From contig JAKFCY010000002.1 in assembly GCA_036676395.1 (NCBI GenBank), positions 1,472,001 to 1,536,000 of the forward strand: a DNA stretch of 64,000 bases, read 5' to 3'. A program made the translations under genes and the position numbers. The DNA comes from Bdellovibrio sp. (GTDB lineage Bacteria; Bdellovibrionota; Bdellovibrionia; Bdellovibrionales; Bdellovibrionaceae). The notes below the pieces were generated by a model. It saw only the letters and a list, made by a program, of their open reading frames with translations. It was not told the DNA's origin and did no database searches. Positions 1 through 9,184 of this stretch are shown here, piece by piece; within the stretch, counting starts at the first letter, position 1; every line of letters begins with the position of its first letter.

Positions 1-1
1 A

Positions 2-178
2 CAGTTTTTTATTCCCTGGGTGTGTAAACAAAATCCAGGAGCCACTAAGGTTCAGTTTGGTCTTATTTTAAATCGCATTCCAAGTCTTGATAAAGTTATT
101 ACTTTAAAAGATACGCCTTATAATGAATTATTAGTCACTGAAGAGTTGAATCAAAATGTTTTTAATTGCAAAAAATAA
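2..178 (+). CDS. 3' end of a gene truncated by the window edge (possible DUF5819/SdpA-like partner of the HTTM protein)
   Basis: Open frame from base 2 (QFFIPWVCKQNPGATKVQF...NVFNCKK) to TAA at 176-178, overlapping the start of the HTTM ORF; family guess from context only. Confidence 0.5.
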   Translation, partial: QFFIPWVCKQNPGATKVQFGLILNRIPSLDKVITLKDTPYNELLVTEELNQNVFNCKK

Positions 179-1103
179 AACTAAAAAATTAAAAACAGTG
201 GTTACTGATTTTTTATTTGCCGAAGGCCATTTTGAACGCCTTGGTGTTTTTCGGTTTTTGCTTTGTGCTGTGATGTTTTACATTGCCTGCTCTCGCCAGT
301 TTAATGTGGATCAGTACGGCCCAGATTCATTGATTCCTGGTGGGCAAGCACTTGATGTGTTCAGTGATTTTTATAAGCCTTATATTAAATTCTTTTTCTG
401 GCCAGATGAGTTTGCTTGGAGCATGCATTTGATTTATATCGTGCTTCTTGGGCTTGCGACATTAGGTTTATCGAGTCGGCCGCTGATGATTTTAACTTGG
501 GTGATCGCTCAAGGTTTTATTCAAAGAAACTTTTCAGTTCTTTTTGGCGCTGATGTGATTGCTACATTATTTTTGTTTTATTTATCTTTTACCCGCTGTA
601 ACGAATATTTTTCGCTGCGCCGATTTTTCTCATCTAAAAAAGTTATTTTCAATCCGAACTCTTGGAGTGACCAGTTAAGCACGATGTTTTTTAGATTATT
701 GCAGTTGCAGCTTTTTACGATTTACGCCTACACAGGCTTTGAAAAGTTAAAGGGGAGCACTTGGTGGGACGGAACCGCGCTTTGGACAGTGTTGGTAAAT
801 CCGCAGTTTACTTCATTTGATTTGTTATTTTTAAAAGATTTTCCAATCTTTTTCGCGGTTGGAACTTTCGTGACTATTATTTTCGAAGTTTATTTTTGGG
901 TCATGGTTTCAATTAAAACCACACGTCCATTATGGCTGTGGTTGGGCGTGCTTTTTCACTTGATGATCGGCGTGCTTTTAGGACTAATGTCGTTCTCGCT
1001 GGTCATGGTCTCGACCTATGTTTTATTCGCTTATCGTTCCAACCTGAGACACTGGCTTGGAAAAGCTATTCCAAAGAAGTTAGAAAAGCTTATAAGCCTT
1101 TAG
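156..1103 (+). CDS. HTTM-domain (SdpB / vitamin K-dependent carboxylase-like) membrane protein
   Basis: Multi-TM protein with family motifs 'QRN...GAD', 'Y..TG.EKL.G.TWWDGTAL', 'E...GVLFHLMIG'; true start may be GTG near 198. Confidence 0.8.
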   Translation: MFLIAKNKTKKLKTVVTDFLFAEGHFERLGVFRFLLCAVMFYIACSRQFNVDQYGPDSLIPGGQALDVFSDFYKPYIKFFFWPDEFAWSMHLIYIVLLGLATLGLSSRPLMILTWVIAQGFIQRNFSVLFGADVIATLFLFYLSFTRCNEYFSLRRFFSSKKVIFNPNSWSDQLSTMFFRLLQLQLFTIYAYTGFEKLKGSTWWDGTALWTVLVNPQFTSFDLLFLKDFPIFFAVGTFVTIIFEVYFWVMVSIKTTRPLWLWLGVLFHLMIGVLLGLMSFSLVMVSTYVLFAYRSNLRHWLGKAIPKKLEKLISL

Positions 1104-1109
1104 AACCTT

Positions 1110-1136
1110 TAAGAAATCAGTAAAAAATGCCGATAA
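1110..1136 (+). promoter_or_regulatory. sigma28 (FliA)-type promoter
   Basis: TAAG-N15-GCCGATAA, close to the FliA consensus TAAA-N15-GCCGATAA, directly upstream of the 1142 ORF. Confidence 0.75.
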
Positions 1137-1141
1137 ATTAA

Positions 1142-2662
1142 GTGATGTTATTACGTCTATCATTGCTATTATTGATGTTTGTTTTTCACGGTTGCACCGG
1201 TGCTGTGAATAATTCGACTCTTCTTTCGCAGTTCAAACCATGTGTTGATGCTGAAAACTGTACAACAAGCACACCAGGAGTCATCGCCGGAGAATTAAGA
1301 ATTTTACCTGATGAAGGTGAAATTTATTCTTCACCCGAGGGCTCAGATTTAGTCGAAATCACAGGCAGTTGTGAAGATTTAGGTCGAAAATCAAATCGTA
1401 TTTTGGTTCAGGTTTATGAAGGTGAAGACGATTCGATAAGTCCAATCATTGATAATTCAATCGGAATAATGTGTCAGGATAATATTTCAACCTCGTCGCT
1501 AGCTTCAAATGGCGGTGCCCCGAAAACCTGTATGTTAATCTCTCAAGGCATCGGGTTAGCTGATGCAGGCCAATCAACATCTCAGTTTCCGCAATGTTTC
1601 AATGGTCGTTTTAGTTTTCAGCTGCGCATGGGCCGTATTATTCGTAATAATACAACGGTAAATGATAAAACTGATGCGACGAATCCACGCACGCGTTATT
1701 TAGTAAAATTAAAATTACGTACAACTGAGGGAATTACTGCTGATTCTGGCGCAAGTACGATGTTTGTGAATCGCGCACTGCAAACCCCAAGTTTTTCGGT
1801 TACAAAAAATAAAGAAAACGATCGTTGTGAAATTAATTTTAACCCGTCGAAGTTTCGCGATTCAAGATATACGCTCTATTCAACATGGACAGGTCCTAGT
1901 TACGCAGCTTCAGGCAGCTTAACGAATTCGATCTCGGGAACAGTTTATGTGGATACATCACCGACATTTCCTGGCCTGGGCAACGGGACTACTATCGAAA
2001 AATTTTATCACTTCGGTGAACCTTTAGATTCATCAATTGGTTTGATGCCGGGGGTAAATTACACTTACCGTATGGAAACCGCAGACTATTCATTCAGAAA
2101 TGTGACAACACCAGCCTTAACAGATTACGAAGTTCAGTTCGGCGGGGTTGTAGGAGCTGTTGAGCGCAGTGCTATTTCTGGAAACGTAAGCTGTAACATG
2201 GACCCAGCTTACGTGCGTGACCGTACCGAGCAAAACCAGGGAGCTGGAACTCCGAATTCATGTCTGTTGTCATTAGCCGGTTATAATACGCGTGGGTACA
2301 ATATTGAATGGCGCGTATCTGATACATCACCGACTTGGATGACAACAAATCCAAACTCAGGATTTCTGATCTCTACAGGTGGAGATTCAAATTGTCGCTC
2401 GCTTCCAACATGTTTTGTTCATGGTGATCGCGGTATTTCGTCGGCCACAACTTTTATTAATGCTGTAGGTGTTGCAACGCCGTTTCAAGCAAATGTTCCA
2501 TATTACTTTGCAGCCCGCCATTACAGAGACACAAACGGCAATAGTCAGTTTGATGCAGGCACAGATCAGATTGTAGGGGATTGGTCTCCAGCGACAACAA
2601 CGACAACAAATTCTTCCGACTACAATCATCGATGCACTTTTAATACATTTCCAGTGCAGTAA
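1142..2662 (+). CDS. Secreted Cys/Ser/Thr-rich lipoprotein of unknown function
   Basis: Hydrophobic N-terminus ending in lipobox-like FHG-C; paired Cys; DTNGNSQFD Ca-binding-like loop near the C-terminus. Confidence 0.75.
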   Translation: MMLLRLSLLLLMFVFHGCTGAVNNSTLLSQFKPCVDAENCTTSTPGVIAGELRILPDEGEIYSSPEGSDLVEITGSCEDLGRKSNRILVQVYEGEDDSISPIIDNSIGIMCQDNISTSSLASNGGAPKTCMLISQGIGLADAGQSTSQFPQCFNGRFSFQLRMGRIIRNNTTVNDKTDATNPRTRYLVKLKLRTTEGITADSGASTMFVNRALQTPSFSVTKNKENDRCEINFNPSKFRDSRYTLYSTWTGPSYAASGSLTNSISGTVYVDTSPTFPGLGNGTTIEKFYHFGEPLDSSIGLMPGVNYTYRMETADYSFRNVTTPALTDYEVQFGGVVGAVERSAISGNVSCNMDPAYVRDRTEQNQGAGTPNSCLLSLAGYNTRGYNIEWRVSDTSPTWMTTNPNSGFLISTGGDSNCRSLPTCFVHGDRGISSATTFINAVGVATPFQANVPYYFAARHYRDTNGNSQFDAGTDQIVGDWSPATTTTTNSSDYNHRCTFNTFPVQ

Positions 2663-2684
2663 TTTTGAAACCCACGTTACACAA

Positions 2685-2722
2685 ATAAAAAAGGCTTACT
2701 GTTTAAAGTAAGCCTTTTTTAT
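2685..2722. terminator. Bidirectional intrinsic terminator
   Basis: AAAAAAGGCTTAC-TGTTTAAA-GTAAGCCTTTTTT between convergent genes. Confidence 0.9.
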
Positions 2723-2745
2723 TTTTCAGAATTTAGATTTTAAAA

Positions 2746-3744
2746 CTAGAAAGTCTCGTCAAACGCTACTTGTCCAGTTACACCATGCTGGTAAGCAGAT
2801 ACACGACGCTCAAAGAAATTCGCAAGCTCTTGCATGTCTTGTAATTCCATGAAAGAGAACGGATTTTTTGTATTGTAACGTTTAGGAATGCTTAACATCT
2901 CTAAACGTTGGTCGGCGATGTATTCTAAGTACTGGCGCATATCAGTTACTGATAGACCTGCAATACCGTGAGTTAAAAGATCTTCAGCAAAAGTCATTTC
3001 GCATTCGATAGCATCTTCTAACATCTGAACAACCATTTCCTGCATTTGTTCATTAAATAAAGCCGGCTCTTCTTTTCTAACTGTATTGATGACTTCCATC
3101 GCGAAAGCCATATGCATGCTCTCATCACGGAATACCCAGTTAGTTCCAGAAGCTAAACCTGCTAATAAACCTTTAGAGCGCAAGAAATAAACGTAAGCAA
3201 AAGCTGCAAAGAAGAATAAACCTTCGATGCAAGTCGCAAAACAGATTAAATTCATAACGAATTTTCTGCGGTCTTCAACTGTTTCTAATTTTTCTAAATC
3301 ATTGATTGAATCAATCCATTTGTAAGCAAATTCAGCTTTCTTTTTGATAGAAGGAATGTTTTCTACCGCAGAAAATGCTTTAGCGCGCTCATCCGGATGT
3401 GGAATATAATTATCTAAAAGAGTTAGATAAAATTGAACGTGCAAGGCTTCTTCATAAAGTTGGCGAGATAAATATAAACGCGCTTCAGGCGAGTTGATAT
3501 GTTTGTAAAGATTTAACACTAAGTTGTTACCAACGATAGAATCACCTGTTGCAAAGAAAGCGACTAATCTGTGGATTAAATGCTTTTCTGAAACTGTCAT
3601 TTTCGAGTGTAAATCAACTAAGTCAGTTGAAAAATCGACTTCTTCAACTGTCCATGTGTTTTTAATACCATTTTTATACATTTCGTAAAAAAGCGGGTAT
3701 TTCATCGGGCGTAATGTTAAATCAAATCCTGGATTTAAAATCAT
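2746..3744 (-). CDS. nrdB: Class I ribonucleotide reductase beta subunit
   Basis: Ferritin-like ligands D (ATGD), EALH plus radical Tyr (EALHVQFY), EG, DESMH; likely start ATG 3744 with AAGGA RBS rather than the TTG at 3804. Confidence 0.97.
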   Translation of the reverse strand: MILNPGFDLTLRPMKYPLFYEMYKNGIKNTWTVEEVDFSTDLVDLHSKMTVSEKHLIHRLVAFFATGDSIVGNNLVLNLYKHINSPEARLYLSRQLYEEALHVQFYLTLLDNYIPHPDERAKAFSAVENIPSIKKKAEFAYKWIDSINDLEKLETVEDRRKFVMNLICFATCIEGLFFFAAFAYVYFLRSKGLLAGLASGTNWVFRDESMHMAFAMEVINTVRKEEPALFNEQMQEMVVQMLEDAIECEMTFAEDLLTHGIAGLSVTDMRQYLEYIADQRLEMLSIPKRYNTKNPFSFMELQDMQELANFFERRVSAYQHGVTGQVAFDETF

Positions 3745-3757
3745 AAAATAGTCCTTT

Positions 3758-6214
3758 TTATTGGCAAGCTTCGCAAGCTTCAGGGTTTTCGATACTGCAA
3801 GCAATCACTTCTGAATCTGAGTATTCTTTTTTCGCTACAACAGGCGCCGCAGTAGCTGCATCCATTGCCGGAATTTCAGTTTTTACAGAATTGTTACCTG
3901 ATGACTTAGTTGTTGTCGTTTTCGCAATTGAAGTCGCTGGACGAGAACGTAAGTAATAAGTTGTTTTGATTCCGCGTTTCCAAGCGTACATGTACATTGA
4001 AGAAAGTTTTCCGATCGTTGGCGATTCAGAGAATAAGTTCAATGATTGTGATTGATCGATAAATGCGCCGCGATCAGCACCCATATCAATTAATGCTTTC
4101 ATCGGAACTTCCCAAACTGTGCGGTAAAGTTCTTGAACGTCAGCTGGAATCGTCGTTAAGCCTTGGATAGATCCTTCGCTTAATTTAATTTCATTACGTA
4201 GATCTTCATTCCAAAGACCGCGTTCTTTTAAGTCTTGAACTAAGTATTTGTTTACTTGCATGAATTCACCAGAAAGTGTTTCACGTTTAAATAAATTAGA
4301 TACTTGTGGCTCAGTCGCTTCGTAACAACCAACGATTGATGCAATTGTTGCTGTTGGCGCAATCGCGATCATTAATGAATTGCGAAGGCCAGTTTTTTTA
4401 ATTTTAGCTTTAAGAGCGTTCCAACGAGTTTCGTCAGTTGGTTTAACATTCCAAAGATCAAATTGTAAAATTCCTTGAGCGGCTTTTGTATCGGCAAATG
4501 CACCGTGAGGTCCGTGAGCTTCAGACAATTCAGCGCTTGAAGTTAAAGCGTTGAAATAAATTTCTTCTTGAATACGCGCAGAAAGTTTCATCGCCTCTGC
4601 AGAATCAAAAGGTAATTTTAACTGAAAGAATGCATCTTGAAGACCCATGATGCCAAGACCTACTGGGCGCCATTTGTGATTTGAATCTTTCGCTGTATCG
4701 ATCGGGTAAAAGTTAATATCAACTACGCGGTCTAAGTATTTAACAGCTGCGCGCACAGTTTTAGCTAATTTATCGAAATCAAATTGGCCATTAACAATGT
4801 GACGGCCTAAGTTTACAGAACCTAAATTACAAACTGCAGTTTCTTTAGCAGAAGTGACTTCTAAAATCTCTGTGCAAAGATTTGATAAGTGAATCACGTT
4901 TTCTGGTTTACCAGTTTGATTCGCCTTCATGTTTGAAGCATCTTTAAATGTCATCCAACCATTGCCAGTTTGCGCTAAAGTCTTCATCATACGAGCGTAT
5001 AAATCGCGCGCTTTAAGTTGTTTAACGTATTGTTTTTTCTCTTCAGCAGCAATGTAAGCTGTTTCGAATTCTGGACCATAAAGATCTACGAAATGAGGCA
5101 CAACACGTGGATCAAATAACGACCACATACCATCAGCTTCAACGCGTTTCATGAATAAATCAGGAACCCAGTTAGCCATGTTTAAGTTATGAGTACGTTT
5201 TTGGTCATCACCGGTGTTGTCACGTAATTCAAGAAATTCTTCAACGTCAGCATGCCATGTCTCTAAGTAAACACACGCAGCCCCTTTACGTTTACCACCT
5301 TGGTTAACCGCAGCTACTGAAGAATCCATAGTTTTTAACCATGGGATAATACCATTAGAGTGACCGTTTGTTCCTTTGATAAGCGACCCGCGTGAACGCA
5401 CGCGAGAGTACGCTACACCGATGCCGCCGGCAAATTTAGATAATAAAGCGATATCACGGTATTTATCATAAATTGCGTTAAGATCATCAGCCGGAGAATC
5501 TAATAAATAACAAGAGCTCATCTGAGGACGAAGAGTTCCCGAGTTAAATAAAGTCGGCGTCGAAGGCATGTAATCATGTGAAGAAATCAATTTATAGAAT
5601 TCAATCGCTTCAACTGGGTTTGTTGAAAGTCCGCAAGCTACACGCATAAAGAAATACTGAGGAGTTTCTAAAACTTGGCGTGAAGTTGGATTTTTTAATA
5701 AATAACGATCATAAACTGTGCGTAATCCGAAATACTCAAAACGATCTGTTTTGTAGTGTTCGATCGCTGCACAAAGTTCGGTTTTGTGAGCCATTACGAA
5801 TTTGTGTGTCGTTTCTGATAAAAGACCGTTTGTGAAACCAAATTGCACAGAATCAGCGAAAGAGCCGATTTTTTGCGATTTAACTTCTTCATCAATATAT
5901 GTAGATAATAAACGAGCCGCTAGGCGAGAGTACTCAGGATCTTCACCGATAAGTAAAGAAGCTGTTTGAATACATAAGTTATCTAATTCTTTAGTCGTAG
6001 CGCCATCATATAGACCGCTAATAGCTTTTGTAGCAACACGTAATGGATCGATCTGTTGTAAGCCTTGAGCGTTACGGCTAACGCGCTCAACGATCTTAGT
6101 AACGTCAACCGGCTCTAATGTGCCGTCACGTTTTTTAACTCGCATCATATGAGAGCCAGTGTTTGCACTGTGGTTAGTATTCATTCCTGCATTCATCGTA
6201 TTATTTGTCGTCAT
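3758..6214 (-). CDS. nrdA: Class I ribonucleotide reductase alpha subunit with N-terminal ATP cone
   Basis: VKKRDG ATP cone, PTLFNSG, SSCY, SNLCTEI, APTATI, KTTYYLR, C-terminal CEACQ. Confidence 0.98.
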   Translation of the reverse strand: MTTNNTMNAGMNTNHSANTGSHMMRVKKRDGTLEPVDVTKIVERVSRNAQGLQQIDPLRVATKAISGLYDGATTKELDNLCIQTASLLIGEDPEYSRLAARLLSTYIDEEVKSQKIGSFADSVQFGFTNGLLSETTHKFVMAHKTELCAAIEHYKTDRFEYFGLRTVYDRYLLKNPTSRQVLETPQYFFMRVACGLSTNPVEAIEFYKLISSHDYMPSTPTLFNSGTLRPQMSSCYLLDSPADDLNAIYDKYRDIALLSKFAGGIGVAYSRVRSRGSLIKGTNGHSNGIIPWLKTMDSSVAAVNQGGKRKGAACVYLETWHADVEEFLELRDNTGDDQKRTHNLNMANWVPDLFMKRVEADGMWSLFDPRVVPHFVDLYGPEFETAYIAAEEKKQYVKQLKARDLYARMMKTLAQTGNGWMTFKDASNMKANQTGKPENVIHLSNLCTEILEVTSAKETAVCNLGSVNLGRHIVNGQFDFDKLAKTVRAAVKYLDRVVDINFYPIDTAKDSNHKWRPVGLGIMGLQDAFFQLKLPFDSAEAMKLSARIQEEIYFNALTSSAELSEAHGPHGAFADTKAAQGILQFDLWNVKPTDETRWNALKAKIKKTGLRNSLMIAIAPTATIASIVGCYEATEPQVSNLFKRETLSGEFMQVNKYLVQDLKERGLWNEDLRNEIKLSEGSIQGLTTIPADVQELYRTVWEVPMKALIDMGADRGAFIDQSQSLNLFSESPTIGKLSSMYMYAWKRGIKTTYYLRSRPATSIAKTTTTKSSGNNSVKTEIPAMDAATAAPVVAKKEYSDSEVIACSIENPEACEACQ

Positions 6215-6398
6215 GACAATTCCCCTCGTTCGTCTTTTAGATCCCCATCCAAAAGACAGTAAACAGCACCCTTTGTTTTTCCCCCTCGGAAAAACAACGA
6301 TTAGATAAGTCTAGTTATAATGTTTCAAGAAAATTTTAGTTGACCGTCCTAGCCAACTTCGCGAACCCCTTCAAGTATAGCTTCGACATGCTGTCAAA

Positions 6399-6414
6399 TC
6401 ACTACATCTAGTGG
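6399..6414. promoter_or_regulatory. NrdR box
   Basis: TCACTACATCTAGTGG matches the NrdR consensus acaCwAtATaTwGtgt, upstream of nrdAB. Confidence 0.75.
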
Positions 6415-6690
6415 TGCAATTCCCAGCCCCATCCTATGGGCCGTGTTTGTTCTTAAAATAAGGTTGATTGAAATTAATCAAACAATCAAACATTTTTCTT
6501 TCTTTTTTTAATTTATTTTTAAAGGTCCTGCCGCAAGTCTAGGCATGCGCAATGCGAAAAGTGAACAAAAACAAAACTTAAGTCGAGGAGTTTTCTCTCT
6601 CGAGAAATGGTGTCAATCGCAAAATTTAGGGTTTTTTTAAGGGGTTGTGTAACGATAAAATTTCAGAATCTTACATGATCTAAAATTTAG

Positions 6691-7683
6691 CTAAATGCGC
6701 TCAACTCTTAAACGCATTTCTTCAAATAAAATGTTGTCATTTTCGTTCTGATTATTCAAATGGCAACCCTGGTAGATTTTTGACTCTCGAAAGCGGTCAA
6801 TAATGTACTGATGTGTTCCCATTTTGTCCGATGTCCATTTAGGTGCGATCAATTCATCCCAGCGGGAAGCAAAAGCTGCTAATCTATGAACCGCGATGCG
6901 CGGGTGAAGGTAAGACATAAATAATTTTACGCGCTCAGTGTATTGTTCGCGTTCGATCGGCGTAAAACGCCCTTCAGCATGCCACTTAGCAAGCTCGGTG
7001 TTTGTTAAGACATGCAGATTGTGAAGTTTGACATTAGTGATCGGCAGATCATTGCAGATTAAAGCCTGTTGTTTGATTTCTTCTTCAGTTTCATTCGGTG
7101 ATCCAATAATTAAATGGATTCCCAGATCAACCGCCGTCGTGTTTGCGATTTTATCAATAGCTTTTAATGAATCGGCCGCTGTATGACCACGCTGCATGAA
7201 CTCTAAGTGATGATCGTAAAAACTCTGAACACCCAGCTCAACAGCTACAAATGATTTTTGGTAGTACTCTTGCCATAGGTTTAACACCGCCGGTGATAAA
7301 CAATCCGGACGGGTGCCTACGACAAAGCCTTTAACAAAAGGGTAAGATAAAGCGGTATCGAAATTTTCACGTAAAGCTGAAACTTTTGTGAAGGTATTTG
7401 TGTAAGCCTGGAAATAAACTAAGAATTTTTTAGAATTATACTCTTCGCCGATTTGAACTTGGTATTTTTCGATTTGTTCGCGTAAACCCATGGTAAAAGA
7501 TTCTTCGCGCGCAGCTGATCCCCAGACATCGCAAAAGCTGCAGGTTTTCATGCCTTTTAAACCCATACGATTAGGGCAGTCATCAACAACCGTCACAGGT
7601 ATTTTGTAAACCTTCTCTCCGAAGATTCTTTTGTAGTGCTCAGCAATACTGTGATAGGGTAGTCCCCGCCAGCCTTTTTCCAT
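6691..7683 (-). CDS. TIGR01212 radical SAM protein (YhcC/YtqA/MnmL family)
   Basis: CPNR...CSFC motif, YFQAYTNT, GTRPDC, ELGVQS, VKLHNLH. Confidence 0.9.
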   Translation of the reverse strand: MEKGWRGLPYHSIAEHYKRIFGEKVYKIPVTVVDDCPNRMGLKGMKTCSFCDVWGSAAREESFTMGLREQIEKYQVQIGEEYNSKKFLVYFQAYTNTFTKVSALRENFDTALSYPFVKGFVVGTRPDCLSPAVLNLWQEYYQKSFVAVELGVQSFYDHHLEFMQRGHTAADSLKAIDKIANTTAVDLGIHLIIGSPNETEEEIKQQALICNDLPITNVKLHNLHVLTNTELAKWHAEGRFTPIEREQYTERVKLFMSYLHPRIAVHRLAAFASRWDELIAPKWTSDKMGTHQYIIDRFRESKIYQGCHLNNQNENDNILFEEMRLRVERI

Positions 7684-7695
7684 AGGGGATTTATA

Positions 7696-8409
7696 GTGGA
7701 TCTAAAATCTTTTGTCATTGAATTAACAGGTGATGGAAGTCCTACATTGCGACTTAAAAAATCCTCGTCTGAAAAGCAGGCTGAATCTATGCATCACTCA
7801 GGCGGGGCCGCCGCTGAAACGCTTTATATCTACTCAGAACCGTTTAAAAAGACCTTGTCTGTCATTAAGCATGAAAATCCATCTATCGGCGTAGTTGGCT
7901 TAGGTTTAGGCTATATCGAACTTTCGATGGCACCATCACTGTCGAAAGCAAAGCTGGTTAGTTTTGAAAAAGACCAAGAGCTTGTAGAAAGTTTTAAATC
8001 CTGGATACATGGCCACGAAAATAAAACCTACGACTTAATTTGTGAAAAGCTTAATGTTGATAAATCATCTGTATTAAAAAAGTTAAATTCCTTAGACTGG
8101 CACTGCGCGGGCGAATTAACCCTTAAAACTAAAACAAGTCATCCATTTAATTTTATCGCTTACGATGCTTTTAGCCAGTTTACCGATGGCCCGTTGTGGA
8201 CCGATGGATTTTTAGATTTTTTTCTTACAAATTTATGCGCAAAAGATTGTGTGTTTGCAACATACGCTTGTACGGGTTTATTAAAACGGGCGCTGCTTAG
8301 AAATAATTTTGTCTTTATCAAACGCCCTGGGTTTACCGGAAAACGCGATGCCACCTTGGCGCTTCGCGGAGAATTTATGTCTCATCAACATCTTTTCCAA
8401 AACGTTTAA
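7696..8409 (+). CDS. MnmC-type (MnmD) SAM-dependent tRNA methyltransferase domain protein
   Basis: TGDGSPTL, ESMHH..GA..E, GLGLGY, YDAFS, ATYA, PGF.GKR motifs. Confidence 0.8.
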   Translation: MDLKSFVIELTGDGSPTLRLKKSSSEKQAESMHHSGGAAAETLYIYSEPFKKTLSVIKHENPSIGVVGLGLGYIELSMAPSLSKAKLVSFEKDQELVESFKSWIHGHENKTYDLICEKLNVDKSSVLKKLNSLDWHCAGELTLKTKTSHPFNFIAYDAFSQFTDGPLWTDGFLDFFLTNLCAKDCVFATYACTGLLKRALLRNNFVFIKRPGFTGKRDATLALRGEFMSHQHLFQNV

Positions 8410-9184
8410 TGTAATCCATAACTAGCGCTTGCATTTCATCATTCAAATTAACGAACTTTAATCCCACATAGCCATCAAGGCCTGCGTAGGTCACTTCAGC
8501 AGTTAATGTTAGCGGAGAATAAAAATGCGGACTTGTTAATTGGCCGTGAATAGTTTCACCTAACTTTAATTCAAAATTATCAGTAATTCCCATACCATTA
8601 TGGCTGATCGTGATCACACGCGCATTGATTTTGCTTCCAGATCCCACTAGTGATCCGCTAAATTGGGCAAGGATTGGAACGCGTTGATTTTCTCTGCGTG
8701 TAAGACCTAAGCGTTGCACGATATCCGGCATTGAATAGATCTCTTTCCATTCTTTTTCTTTTTTATCAAAGATTGAAATCTTCGAGACATCTTCTTGTTT
8801 GGCCGTAAAAGTCGTTAATTCTTCTTTCGTCATTTCGCCTTTATCAACAAAGTCATATTGCACACGAAATTTTTCAACAGTATGAGCTTTAATATCTTCA
8901 ATCACGTCAGTTTTTGAAACGCGCGCAGGCTTATCAAAAATACTTTTTGGCGGCGGTGTGTAGGTAGCCTCTGTTGACGAGGCCATTTGTGCTTGGTTTT
9001 GTGCCGGTGTAGGCGCGTTGGCTTCAGGGTTCCATTTATCAGCGCGAATCCATTCTGAATAACCACGTGACCATAAAAATGTTGTCTGCATCTGATCATT
9101 AAGACTATGCATTTGATCTTTAATTTCTTCAGTCGAAAAAGGACCTTTAATAAAGTTATTAGCGTTAATAAACCATTTATTCAT
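8375..9184 (-). CDS. GYF_2 (DUF4339) plus PilZ domain protein
   Basis: N-terminal W..GPFS...W..G...W; C-terminal RRENQR and TISHNG PilZ motifs, GLKF. Confidence 0.8.
   Translation of the reverse strand: MNKWFINANNFIKGPFSTEEIKDQMHSLNDQMQTTFLWSRGYSEWIRADKWNPEANAPTPAQNQAQMASSTEATYTPPPKSIFDKPARVSKTDVIEDIKAHTVEKFRVQYDFVDKGEMTKEELTTFTAKQEDVSKISIFDKKEKEWKEIYSMPDIVQRLGLTRRENQRVPILAQFSGSLVGSGSKINARVITISHNGMGITDNFELKLGETIHGQLTSPHFYSPLTLTAEVTYAGLDGYVGLKFVNLNDEMQALVMDYIKRFGKDVDET

Noticed and set aside
6215..6690. Cobalamin riboswitch upstream of nrdAB
   Set aside because: Could not find the conserved B12-box or core motifs; only simple hairpins and an NrdR box are visible
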